Shown here piece by piece: positions 19,802 through 29,207 of a stretch of 64,000 nucleotides of DNA. This DNA is from Nitrososphaeria archaeon (GTDB lineage: Archaea; Thermoproteota; Nitrososphaeria; JACIWG01), in contig JBEKIG010000008.1 in assembly GCA_050011875.1 (NCBI GenBank), forward strand, positions 1 through 64,000. The letters are read 5' to 3'. The translations under genes and the position numbers were made by a program. The notes below the pieces were generated by a model that made no database searches, had not been told where the DNA came from, and worked only from the letters and a program-made list of their open reading frames with translations. Within the stretch, counting starts at the first letter, position 1. Each line of letters opens with the position of its first letter.

Positions 19802-20865
19802 GTTCTATCACTTGACGGGTTTAAGCTCGGCTTTAGGTAGATACTCGCATAAGTCCTTTCATGTTTAGAGCCGAAGCCCACATAGCGGTGCAGGTCGACA
19901 TCGGTTCCACTGAGGCGACCTTCGGACATCACTTCAAGCGTGTTCAGATAGATGGCTGGGTCCACGTCTAGGATCCTGAGCCAGTCCAAGGTCTTTTCCT
20001 TCGCCTCTCTATCGCTTGCAAAGATGCAGTGTCCACAGAGCTCGAACTTAAAATCAAACCCTGTTCTTGCTCCGAATCCGAAGGAGCAGACGACCGACTT
20101 TGTGGGGTACCGGAGCTCTTCGCCCAAAAAGGTTTCGGTGAACCGCTTGAGGAGGTTGATGTACTCCTGGTCTGCGATAGAACTTATCAGACTTTCGTAG
20201 TATGTCAGCGTGTTCCCGAAGGCACTTACGTAGACCCTTCCACTAAGCTGACTATCTTTGCCGAGCGTCAGCGACATTCCAAGTGGCTTCATGCCCGTGA
20301 TGAGGGCCTTCTCTATTTCGTGCCATCGCTCAGCACCATTAAAATGTGAGACAAATGCATCGAACCTTGGCCACATTCTGTCTTCACGCCCCCACCTTCC
20401 GTTGATGTAAACCCTTAATTTCGGCTCAGCCGTCGGTGAAAAACCTGCCCCAATCCAGAACGCACCCGCAGGGTCCGCAAGCAGGTCTGGATCGCTTGAG
20501 GGAGCCAGCATGCCGAGGAGGTCCTTGGTTTCTGACACAACCTTTTCTGAGGAGTAAATGGGAGCGAGAACGCCTATGCGCTCTCTGCTCAGCGTCATCC
20601 GTTCGGCTCCAGATGAGCCCGGAACTCCTGCCTCACTCAGGAACTGTAAAGGCGGCCTATCGTGCCCCAAGGACAATGAAAACTGGAAGGGTGTTCCATC
20701 TTCGTTTATTCTGGAAAATTGGGGTGGCCTTCTGCCGAGAGGCATCGCAAGCGATTCCCTGCATATAATTTCATAGGTTTTCATGATCTGGGAGCTTGAG
20801 CGTTCTAGGCCAAAATGGGGGATCAGCTTTGTCAGTAATTCGCCTATGTAATCGTATAGAGACAG
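19798..20865 (-). CDS. ABBA/DMATS-like aromatic prenyltransferase
   Basis: SRINEDGTPFQFS (cf. DMATS DDGsPxEfS), KLRVY, GRVY, terminal YASIYLKP; frame is open 27 codons upstream of ATG 20784 to a CTG preceded by GGGGTGAT; ATGA overlap with the cyclase. Confidence 0.65.
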   Translation of the reverse strand: MSLYDYIGELLTKLIPHFGLERSSSQIMKTYEIICRESLAMPLGRRPPQFSRINEDGTPFQFSLSLGHDRPPLQFLSEAGVPGSSGAERMTLSRERIGVLAPIYSSEKVVSETKDLLGMLAPSSDPDLLADPAGAFWIGAGFSPTAEPKLRVYINGRWGREDRMWPRFDAFVSHFNGAERWHEIEKALITGMKPLGMSLTLGKDSQLSGRVYVSAFGNTLTYYESLISSIADQEYINLLKRFTETFLGEELRYPTKSVVCSFGFGARTGFDFKFELCGHCIFASDREAKEKTLDWLRILDVDPAIYLNTLEVMSEGRLSGTDVDLHRYVGFGSKHERTYASIYLKPSLNPSSDRT

Positions 20866-20904
20866 CTCTAAATCACCCCTATGATATACGTAACGATGAC
20901 TGCT

Positions 20905-21651
20905 TTAGCTCTTTTTTGACAGATTCTGCGCCTGCTCTTTTTGTTGAAGTACCACTGATGGCCTCTTGACAGGTTCACTTCGAATATTTGGCCCATCGTC
21001 GGGTTTCAACAGCTCGATCTTGATGTGTGAAGGAGCTTTGAAGTGGTAAAGCATACCCTGCCCTGGCTGTAGTTCGATCCTGTTAGGTTCGAAGGCCTCA
21101 CGTGAACATTCAACCCTTACTGGACTAGGGGGACGGTAGGCAACCTTACCGATCTTTGGATAGGCTACAACAATATCCCCTTTGGTCTTCGTAAGCAGGT
21201 TGGTGACGGAGTACGTTCCGGGACGTATGATTATCGCTGAGAAGATGTCCCTTTCATCAAGCTTGCTACTGTTGAACAGGTTTTTCCTAGGGTCCTCCTC
21301 CACCTTTTCGACGCTTACGTGATAACCGCCGCTTCCGCCTGAAACGTGGAAGACAACGTAACCCTTCGGATTTACGACGAAATGGATCCTTGAATCTCCG
21401 TTGTCTGGGCTGCACTTGGACGGCTCAGCCATCACCCCACCCAACTTAGCTAGGTCTACGTTCGCCTGCGCTACCGGGCTGTTCTTCTCAACCGTTATGT
21501 AGAAGGCTCCAACGATTTCTGTTCCCCTATACAGCACCCCCCGGTATTCGCCGGGTTCTGGGAAGCTGTGTATTATCGCTCCTAATATGGTGAGCGAACC
21601 GCTGTCCAGCCCGATCTGCGAGAAAATGTTCTGATCGATTGGTATTGTCAT
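20905..21651 (-). CDS. Hypothetical beta-rich protein with possible cupredoxin-like repeats
   Basis: HSFPEPGEY, RPGTYSV and FEPNRIELQPGQ strands resemble cupredoxin-fold segments without an obvious Cu ligand set; starts 2 nt after the preceding stop. Confidence 0.6.
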   Translation of the reverse strand: MTIPIDQNIFSQIGLDSGSLTILGAIIHSFPEPGEYRGVLYRGTEIVGAFYITVEKNSPVAQANVDLAKLGGVMAEPSKCSPDNGDSRIHFVVNPKGYVVFHVSGGSGGYHVSVEKVEEDPRKNLFNSSKLDERDIFSAIIIRPGTYSVTNLLTKTKGDIVVAYPKIGKVAYRPPSPVRVECSREAFEPNRIELQPGQGMLYHFKAPSHIKIELLKPDDGPNIRSEPVKRPSVVLQQKEQAQNLSKKS

Positions 21652-21653
21652 GT

Positions 21654-22562
21654 CTATGTACCCACCTCCGCCTGCACGGTCATCTCCTTCGAATTGATCT
21701 TGGCTGTAAGGTTTCGGATAGGGATCTTGACCGGGATGAGAACGCCGCTCTTAGGGAGGATCGGATAGGGGTCTTCGAACTCGTAGATCGGGTACTTGCT
21801 CGCAAAATAGTCAGAAATAGCTGTTTCGATCAACCCGAGAAGGTCAAATAAATTGCCCAGCAAATTCGAAACCCAGTCACTGATTTCCCCTACGATCCCT
21901 AGAGCACTTGTTATGAGGTCAATTACCGGTCCTATTATCGCCCAGATCAGGTCCTTCATAAAGCCTGGCAAGAACCAGAGCTCGTCGTCTATCGCGCTCT
22001 TTACAGCCTGCTCAAGAATGTTTCCCACCGTTTCCGGAATATCGATCGGATCAGCGTGGACCCAGATTGGGTTGATGAAAATCTTCCACTTATTTGGGTG
22101 ACCACCGTATTCCGCATCAAGATCCGATTCGCCTGCAACCCGGGCTGGGTCTATATAGTATTTCGGAGCTAGATTTGCCTTCACATCAGAAATATTCGAT
22201 ACAAGTCCGCTGAGGTCAAAATCGGCGCAAACGGGACCGCCTATGCAGACCTTGGGCAGAGATACGAGGCAGCCGTTCCATGGATCAGGTATAATACACC
22301 AGCCTCCGACACAGATTCCTGGCAGGTCAAAGCAGACCTGAGCCTTCAAGGTGTCGAAAACGACGTCGACGTTCTTTACCTCCAGCGTGTTGTCGTCATT
22401 CAGGGTCAGGCTGCCATCGTCCAAGTGGAGCTTGACGGAGTAGCTGGCGGAGAACGGGCCGAAGTTTTTGCTGTCCGACTTGGACAGACTGAAGTTATCA
22501 ATTACTGTATCAAAAAGCTTGCCAAACGCTTTACCTGAAGCCGCGAGCGTTATGTGGTTCAT
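21654..22562 (-). CDS. Hypothetical protein with a Cys/Trp-rich insert (possible TULIP/BPI-like fold)
   Basis: 302 aa; ATGA overlap with the upstream gene; CFDLPGICVGGWCIIPDPWNGCLVSLPKVCIGGPVC; long amphipathic helices; fold is a guess. Confidence 0.6.
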   Translation of the reverse strand: MNHITLAASGKAFGKLFDTVIDNFSLSKSDSKNFGPFSASYSVKLHLDDGSLTLNDDNTLEVKNVDVVFDTLKAQVCFDLPGICVGGWCIIPDPWNGCLVSLPKVCIGGPVCADFDLSGLVSNISDVKANLAPKYYIDPARVAGESDLDAEYGGHPNKWKIFINPIWVHADPIDIPETVGNILEQAVKSAIDDELWFLPGFMKDLIWAIIGPVIDLITSALGIVGEISDWVSNLLGNLFDLLGLIETAISDYFASKYPIYEFEDPYPILPKSGVLIPVKIPIRNLTAKINSKEMTVQAEVGT

Positions 22563-23377
22563 GGTCCCACCCCCATACTGATGAACGCTTTGAGCTGATC
22601 ATCCTCAACCGCAGGGTTGTTTGGAACAGGTGGGTTAGGTGTGGGCGAAAGCGTGATCGTGGCTATGTTAAAGAGCGGAAAGCTCAAGAACATCTTCTCA
22701 AACGGGATGGCCAGCTTCTGCCTAAGGACCAGGTTTAACGTAGTCTTAAGGTAGCATACCAAGTTCTGCTCCAGTCCGTCCGGCTTGATGTCGACGATAT
22801 CTAGTCTATCGACCTTGCCCAACAGGCACTCCTTGCCGAGTATCACAGTCCTTTCGAAGTGGCCTACTACAAATATGTCCAGACAGAAGCAGTTCAGCTT
22901 TCCCTTTACGTGGACTGGTGGCACTGTCGTCTGCTTATCCCCTTGTTGTGGTGGCACGACCGGAATCGTGTCAACATCCTTTTCTGATGGGCAACCGATA
23001 GCGCCGCATATCTTGAACTGCATCGCGAAGTGCTGTTTCTGAAGAGGCGGGTTAAGCTCCGAAGGAAGGGATATGACATTTCCAGGGTGAAAGTCAATGC
23101 TGGCCTTGGTTAGCTGTGCGCAGAAACTTAACTCTACCGGCGGCGAGTCAGCACCCAGAACCGGAATAGGGTTGCTCACAGTGAAAATTGGGTTACCGTA
23201 TTTTTTAACATCGGATGTGATGTCAACAGGTGCGCACCATAGTTCTTGGTCTGCTGCTATGTCAGAGGTCGCGTAATTGAAGAGTGAAGGCCGCTGGCGC
23301 ATTATGTGCTGGACTACTAAGTTAATTCCATTTTCGTTGATAGCAACATATAGGTCACAATTATCTGTTAATGCCAT
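22559..23377 (-). CDS. Hypothetical protein (possible TULIP/BPI-like fold)
   Basis: 272 aa, first gene of the operon; N-terminal DLYVAINENGINLVVQH strand-helix, long beta strands, helix, terminal strand; fold is a guess. Confidence 0.6.
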   Translation of the reverse strand: MALTDNCDLYVAINENGINLVVQHIMRQRPSLFNYATSDIAADQELWCAPVDITSDVKKYGNPIFTVSNPIPVLGADSPPVELSFCAQLTKASIDFHPGNVISLPSELNPPLQKQHFAMQFKICGAIGCPSEKDVDTIPVVPPQQGDKQTTVPPVHVKGKLNCFCLDIFVVGHFERTVILGKECLLGKVDRLDIVDIKPDGLEQNLVCYLKTTLNLVLRQKLAIPFEKMFLSFPLFNIATITLSPTPNPPVPNNPAVEDDQLKAFISMGVGP

Positions 23378-23407
23378 TAGTTTTCGGGTAATGTATCAGT
23401 ATCACCT

Positions 23408-23415
23408 TATTTAAA
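23408..23415 (-). promoter_or_regulatory. Putative TATA box of the five-gene operon
   Basis: TTTAAATA on the minus strand about 30 nt upstream of ATG 23377; an imperfect inverted repeat (AAAAGTGTC..GACATCTTTT) lies just upstream. Confidence 0.5.
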
Positions 23416-23749
23416 CTTTACAAAAAAAGTGTCAATAAAGGACATCTTTTTGGGTTTATTTTTATTAAAGCATAGTTATTATAAAAAAATAAAAAAAAGG
23501 AAAAAATATTACAATTTATGCTTCGCTATCTTGTAGTATCCTTTTATTGAAAATTTTAGCTCCTTCATGCTTGAGTAATGAATAGAGAAAAAAATTGCAA
23601 TAACTCAACAAGATAGACTAATAGTACATCTTTTCCCTTATAGGTTAAAGTTAGCGCGCTACGGCCATCTGGGAGGATTTGGCCAATTCTTAAACCCAAT
23701 TTTCTGTGAGAGCCTCTTGCCCTTTTAGATAAACTTCTATATGCTGATG

Positions 23750-23963
23750 CTATTTCAAGCTTTTACTCCACTTGCTTTAGACTATAACCGTCAAAAAGGT
23801 CGAACCTGTAATACTCTACCTCTCCAGGTGGAAGGTTTTCGATAGTGGCTTCAACCATTGTCTTAGCATTTTCACCGTTTAAGACACCGATCTCCATGAT
23901 CCTCTTACAACGGTTCTTGTGGATGTACTCGTTTAGGAATTAATGTGATCCGTACCAAGGCAA
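23750..23963 (-). pseudogene. Decayed class I SAM methyltransferase (Methyltransf_24-like)
   Basis: Manual translation MPWYGSH*FLNEYIHKNRCKRIMEIGVLNGENA...EVEYYRFDLFD...VE*; in-frame TAA at 23940 and 23763. Confidence 0.65.
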
Positions 23964-24129
23964 AGTTGACTCTTCCCTTCCTCATAGATACAAAAATTTA
24001 TTCCCCTTAGATCTTATCAATAACAGAGGACCATAGGATCTAAACCGATTGACGTGGATGAGGTTTAATTATCGATTACAAATCTTTTGAACACTTATAT
24101 AATGTATATCGGATTAAGTTGATTCACAG

Positions 24130-25395
24130 ATGTCAGAACAGAAAGATAGTAAGTTCGCTGTTAAAGCTGGGTTTTTTTTAGACGGAACAGGTGATGCACC
24201 AAAAAATGACGTATACGTCGTAGTTAACAAGGGCCGGATCGAGAAAGTTTCCAAGAATCTTGGAGAATCCTTGGATGTCGTCGACGCGGGGAACTATACA
24301 GTCATGCCCGGTCTAATAGACTCGCACCTACACATAACTGGCTTCCAGACCGACAGAATGGTCGAGGAGGAGATTCTTAGGCCACCTGGACTAAACCTCC
24401 TAAAGGCCGCGAACGACATAAAGGATCTCCTTGAATCGGGCTACACAACCGTTAGGGATATCGGTGGGCTACCTGGCCTTTCCCTTAAAGTAGCAGTTGA
24501 AACACATATAACGAAGGGGCCAAGGATCGTCACTGCCGGAAGGATACTGACTCAGACCTTTGGGCATTCTGAGAATCACTATTTTCCTATAGAGATGTTT
24601 AAGGAAAGAAGTAGGTTGGGACTTGGTTTCGGTAGTCTGATCTGCGATGGTGTAGAAGAATGCATAAAAGCTGCAAGGCTTACATTGAGAGAAGGTGCTG
24701 ACTTCATAAAGATCTGTTCAACTGGTGGAGTCATGTCACAGAGGGATAAGCCTGAGGATGAGCAGTTCACAGTTGAAGAAATAAAGGCCATAGTTAATGA
24801 GGCAAGGAAGGTGGGAACATTTGTGGCTTCCCACGCGCAAGGTCTCCAGGGAATAAAGAACGCCCTCGTCGCTGGTGTCAGGACAATAGAACATGGTATA
24901 TTCATAGACGAGACGGCCGCTAAGATGATGATAGAGAGGAATGCGATAATGGTTCCAACACTAGCCATACCACACCAGATAGTCGCGAAAGGCAGAGAAG
25001 CAGGTGTAGCGGAGTGGGGCATAAGAAAGTCTGAAGAAGTCATCGAGATTCATACAAGGAACACTAGACTGGCTAAGGAATGGGGTGTGAAGATAGCGAT
25101 GGGGACAGACTTCTGTGGGACACCGATGCTCAAGTTTGGCTTGAACTCTGTGGAACTCCAACTATTGGTCGAAGAATGTGGTTTTACGCCGATGGAGGCT
25201 ATAGTGGCAGCGACCAAAAACGGAGCCGAAGCCTGTAACCTGCTGAGTAAAACTGGTACGCTTGAAGTAGGCAAGTTCGCTGACCTGATAGTCGTAAAGG
25301 GTAACCCTCTGGAAGACGTCAAGATCCTTCAGGATAAAGATAACATAAAGTTCGTCGTCAAGGAAGGGGTAACAGAATACAACCGGGGACTGTAA
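24130..25395 (+). CDS. Amidohydrolase (Xaa-Pro dipeptidase-like metal-dependent hydrolase)
   Basis: MPGLIDSHLH, GADFIKICSTGGV, SHA, TIEHG, AMGTD, GKFADL. Confidence 0.9.
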   Translation: MSEQKDSKFAVKAGFFLDGTGDAPKNDVYVVVNKGRIEKVSKNLGESLDVVDAGNYTVMPGLIDSHLHITGFQTDRMVEEEILRPPGLNLLKAANDIKDLLESGYTTVRDIGGLPGLSLKVAVETHITKGPRIVTAGRILTQTFGHSENHYFPIEMFKERSRLGLGFGSLICDGVEECIKAARLTLREGADFIKICSTGGVMSQRDKPEDEQFTVEEIKAIVNEARKVGTFVASHAQGLQGIKNALVAGVRTIEHGIFIDETAAKMMIERNAIMVPTLAIPHQIVAKGREAGVAEWGIRKSEEVIEIHTRNTRLAKEWGVKIAMGTDFCGTPMLKFGLNSVELQLLVEECGFTPMEAIVAATKNGAEACNLLSKTGTLEVGKFADLIVVKGNPLEDVKILQDKDNIKFVVKEGVTEYNRGL

Positions 25396-25545
25396 AAACT
25401 AATCTTTCTACTATTGTACTTTCATGATATATTATTCTATTCTTCTGAGGACTGCGATTTTTTTAATCCTTTTAGTTATTTAACGCCCTGAGTCTAGCAA
25501 TTATGGCAGCGATCCTATTCTTCAAGGTACAGTCCCATATTTAAC

Positions 25546-27336
25546 TTAAATTCCAAGCCTGTCAAGCAGTATTTCTTCGTTATTCGGGGTCTGTATGAAG
25601 GCCGGAACGTTCTTCTGCTTTGTCGCCTTGTAGGATACGAAAAGCCACTGTCCTGTATCAAGTTCGGTAGTCTTTTCGAGCATGTCATAGCTGAGTGAGA
25701 AGGCGTCCGCTATGACCATCCTGTCGTAGAATCTTGGCAGCGTGCTGACGAAGTAGCTGTGCAGCTGCTGTAGGGCGTTGACGTTCAGGTGCGCTACCCT
25801 CTGGGTGCAGAGCCAGCAGTGGACCCTATACTTTCTCCCCTGCCTCAAAAGGGCTTCCACGCTCTTGTTCGAGCTATCCGAGAAGTCACCTCTGACCGCC
25901 CTGTCTGGGATGAACTCCTGGGCTTCATCCAATACTACGAGTACCTTGCTTCTCACGCCCGATGTCTTCTTTATGCGCAGGAGCCTGTCGATGAACCTTG
26001 ACGCCGCAAGCCTTGCTTCATCCGGCTCAGGAACGTAAAGGATGTTCACCTGAGGGCTGTCCTCTCTCAGGACGAAGGATGCCAGGCCTTCTGGGTTCAT
26101 CGGGGCCAAATCAACCTCCTCAGGTTCACCTTCGACCTCCTGCTGGATGCCGATACCTGTGATGTAGTCCACCAGCGCTGTCAGGTCCACCTTTATGGAG
26201 GACATTCCGTGAACGGTCTGGGCCATGCTGTTCAGTATTTCTACCAGACGGCTTCTTTCCTCCTCCTTTAGGACTGAAACATCGGTTTTAGTCTCATACC
26301 CTTTTTCCCTGATGAAGTACTTGACTATGCTCTGGAGCGCTATCGTAGCCTGGATCGCACCGGAGCCCCCTTCGGACGCCTTTTCTAGGATTGACATTAT
26401 GTACCCTAACGTAATCGCCGAAGTTTCCTCAGGAACGCTGAGAGAGATCCTCTTCACCCTTTCATTGTCGAAGAGCCCCCTAACCTTCCGCAACAGCGTT
26501 TCTTCGCTTATCTCTTCCTCTAGGGTTTCCGGGATTGCCTGAGAGTTTAGGAAGTTGGTTACGTTGTTTCCGAAGTCCTCTGTAGAGAACACGATACCGT
26601 CCTTCTCAAGCAGGTCCAGGAGGTGAATGGAATATTCTCCTGCCACGTCGACTATGATGACCTTCAGGTCTGGCATGCCCTTTACAGCCTCCCTTATCAG
26701 GTATGAGGCCAGGTTGGATTTTCCTGAGCCCGTGAAACCGAAGAGGCCCGCGTGATACTTTATCATGTTGTCGAGCCTAACCGTCAGCGGCATGTTGAAG
26801 CCCATCAGCGTACCCACAGGAATACCATCCTCCACGCAGAGGAACTTCCTGACGGTGTCGTTGGAGAGTAGATGGACCCTTGAGCCCGTCAGCGGGACGA
26901 GCCTTCCCCTGCTGAACTTGAGCTCTTCGTTTTCCACGTCCATCCTGTAGTTGGTCGGAACGGCAACAACGTCTATCCACGTCTCATCGCTCTTCCCCCA
27001 GCTGCTGTCTATGACGTCGAGGTACTCCTTCCTTAACACCGTAGGCATCGCGACGTCCATGCCGAGCATCTGAAAGTGGGTGGGCCTGAGGGCGACGATT
27101 TCGTAAATCATGTAAGTGGGTTTCTTTGATGTCTGCCTTTCTATGCCCACAAATGAAGGCTCATGCAACCTGTCTAGGACTTCAAAGTCGAACTTGACCT
27201 CCAGAACAGCCACAGGATTCGCGATGGTGATCTCCCCTTCACGCATGCTCGCTGTCCTCGTAACCATCCTGTGGTCTCTTAACCTAGCTTCGAACCTTCC
27301 ATCGAGATCGTCAAACATTTCCTGTGGAGCGTTCAT
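25546..27336 (-). CDS. herA: HerA-like ATPase/helicase (DUF87)
   Basis: N-terminal HAS-barrel-like region, Walker A GFTGSGKS, Walker B VVLDEAQ, RQGRKY, TQR; ATGA overlap with nurA. Confidence 0.85.
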   Translation of the reverse strand: MNAPQEMFDDLDGRFEARLRDHRMVTRTASMREGEITIANPVAVLEVKFDFEVLDRLHEPSFVGIERQTSKKPTYMIYEIVALRPTHFQMLGMDVAMPTVLRKEYLDVIDSSWGKSDETWIDVVAVPTNYRMDVENEELKFSRGRLVPLTGSRVHLLSNDTVRKFLCVEDGIPVGTLMGFNMPLTVRLDNMIKYHAGLFGFTGSGKSNLASYLIREAVKGMPDLKVIIVDVAGEYSIHLLDLLEKDGIVFSTEDFGNNVTNFLNSQAIPETLEEEISEETLLRKVRGLFDNERVKRISLSVPEETSAITLGYIMSILEKASEGGSGAIQATIALQSIVKYFIREKGYETKTDVSVLKEEERSRLVEILNSMAQTVHGMSSIKVDLTALVDYITGIGIQQEVEGEPEEVDLAPMNPEGLASFVLREDSPQVNILYVPEPDEARLAASRFIDRLLRIKKTSGVRSKVLVVLDEAQEFIPDRAVRGDFSDSSNKSVEALLRQGRKYRVHCWLCTQRVAHLNVNALQQLHSYFVSTLPRFYDRMVIADAFSLSYDMLEKTTELDTGQWLFVSYKATKQKNVPAFIQTPNNEEILLDRLGI

Positions 27337-29135
27337 GCTCTTGTCCCCTCCCCACTAACCCTTAACCTCTTCTCCTCGCTTTCCGCCCTCATGTCCCTGT
27401 ACCTTCTTGAAATGGAGAACACCTTCTCCTTTCTTGCAAGGGTTCCAAGCTGGAGGTCGGCGACCCCCCTAAGCATCCCTCTCATCGACTTTATCTCCAC
27501 CTTAACAGCCTTGTCAGCGAGGTAGAGCAGCTGGTTGTGTCCGTAGGCTTCAAGGACTTCAGGATTGTCAGAGCGTGAAAGAAGATACAATATCAGGTTG
27601 TCGATTTCATTCACCGAAGACCCCTCAAAGTAGGGGTTGATGGAAACCAACTTATCCCTTTCAAAGACGTCCACCTTCTTGGTCAACGGTCCATCGTATT
27701 CTCTGTTAAAGAACCTGTCGTAGACGAAGACAGGTGACCTTGTTTCGGGATCGGTCTTAAACTCCCTCAGCTGGAAGTACGATTTGATGAACAAGTTCTC
27801 TCTTGAAACAAACTTCCTAGCAGCTCTTAAACTTATCTTCTCACCCTCTTTGGTTCCAATAATCGTTGTAAAGCACGTGTCATACGCGATCGTCCTCCAC
27901 GGCGCCCTAATAGAGGCAGAGTTCGTGGCGGCCATTATGGTAAGGAAGGCCTTGTCGTTCTTGAGGTTTGGCAGAGGTGATTTAGATTCCAACAACTTTG
28001 TGCTTGTCGCATAGGGTATGACGGACCTAGTGAAGTCTGATGCGCTGGTGTCCTTGGTTATCCCGATGACGAGAACCTTTTTCTCAAGAGACTCTTTCAT
28101 AAGCTGGAAGATCAGGAAGACGTTGACCGCATCGAGGTCTAAGACTGAGAGCCATTTGTTTTCTTCTAACTGTAGGGGATGATCGTTGCCTTCAAAGACC
28201 CTTTTCACCACCTGCTGGGAAGCTTCCCAGACCCTGTCCCAGTAGTGCCTAACCTCATCATTAACCTCTAAAGATCCCAATTCGCTGGACTTGAGCAGCT
28301 GACCCTTGTAGGCCTTGTCCATCTGCTTAAGCCTCCTAAATATTCCGTTAACCCCCTTTTCGCCTATATGCAGATCCTTGGCAAGCTCATTCCTACTGAC
28401 CCTGCCCTTCTCAATCAGCTTCTGGAGAGCGGCATAGAGCAGGTAGGGACTGCGCTTTGGAACGTAGAGCTGCCCCGGCCCAAGGACTGACGCGATGCTG
28501 AGGTCAAACATCGAAAGGTTGCCGTGAGAGGTACTGAAAGATGTTAGCGCGGAATCCCCTGACCTCAGGAGGAGCCTCAGGTCTCTTGAGGCAGGGCCGA
28601 ACGTACCCGAAAGTGGTCGGTCAAGGAAAAGCACCTTATTCCCTTCATTGTCTAAGGTCTTCAGAGCAAGGGAAAGCTCTCCGAGGGTCATAAGGGCGTA
28701 CGGGATCCTTTCAACAGAGCGCTCAAAGTCGAATTCGGTTTCTAAAGCTTGATAGGATCTTGTTACGTCGGAGAGGTCTTCAAGCCATAGTGGAACTGCT
28801 GCTGAAACGGACAGTCTGGAATCCCGGACCACCTTACTGAATTCAAAGGAGACTTCATCTCCGACCTTAAGAGGGGATTTGTAGGCTGTCGCACAGATAT
28901 AGAACAGAAGCATTTCAAGTCTCTCATCATAGTCCATGGAGCCATCGATTCCAACTGCAAAATTCTCACCATCACCTAGCAACTCATTAGCCATCTTCAA
29001 AGCCTTGTTCCCATCAACCTGCTTACAGAGCAGACAGGTTTCAGGATGGCTTCTCATGGTTGCTAGACGCTTTGAGAAGGTTCCCACAAGTGAGGATGTC
29101 TGATCCTTAAGCTTCTGAGCGATTAAGTTTGACAT
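27333..29135 (-). CDS. nurA: NurA-family nuclease with an internal HTH insertion
   Basis: VGIDGS, LFLDRPL, IGITKD and GHNQLLYLADK motifs; 600 aa; SRNELAKDLHI HTH-like insert. Confidence 0.8.
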   Translation of the reverse strand: MSNLIAQKLKDQTSSLVGTFSKRLATMRSHPETCLLCKQVDGNKALKMANELLGDGENFAVGIDGSMDYDERLEMLLFYICATAYKSPLKVGDEVSFEFSKVVRDSRLSVSAAVPLWLEDLSDVTRSYQALETEFDFERSVERIPYALMTLGELSLALKTLDNEGNKVLFLDRPLSGTFGPASRDLRLLLRSGDSALTSFSTSHGNLSMFDLSIASVLGPGQLYVPKRSPYLLYAALQKLIEKGRVSRNELAKDLHIGEKGVNGIFRRLKQMDKAYKGQLLKSSELGSLEVNDEVRHYWDRVWEASQQVVKRVFEGNDHPLQLEENKWLSVLDLDAVNVFLIFQLMKESLEKKVLVIGITKDTSASDFTRSVIPYATSTKLLESKSPLPNLKNDKAFLTIMAATNSASIRAPWRTIAYDTCFTTIIGTKEGEKISLRAARKFVSRENLFIKSYFQLREFKTDPETRSPVFVYDRFFNREYDGPLTKKVDVFERDKLVSINPYFEGSSVNEIDNLILYLLSRSDNPEVLEAYGHNQLLYLADKAVKVEIKSMRGMLRGVADLQLGTLARKEKVFSISRRYRDMRAESEEKRLRVSGEGTRA

Positions 29136-29207
29136 AAAACAATCAATTTCTTTCCTATACTATATATAAAAGGTTTAGCTAGGCGGATCAGAATTTTTAA
29201 AAGGCAG

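Noticed and set aside
29165-29192. 5' half of a circularly permuted tRNA downstream of the 3' part (TGATCCGCCTAGCTAAACC on the minus strand)
   Set aside because: Only 5 of 7 acceptor pairs, no D-stem, and the stretch runs into the likely BRE/TATA of nurA
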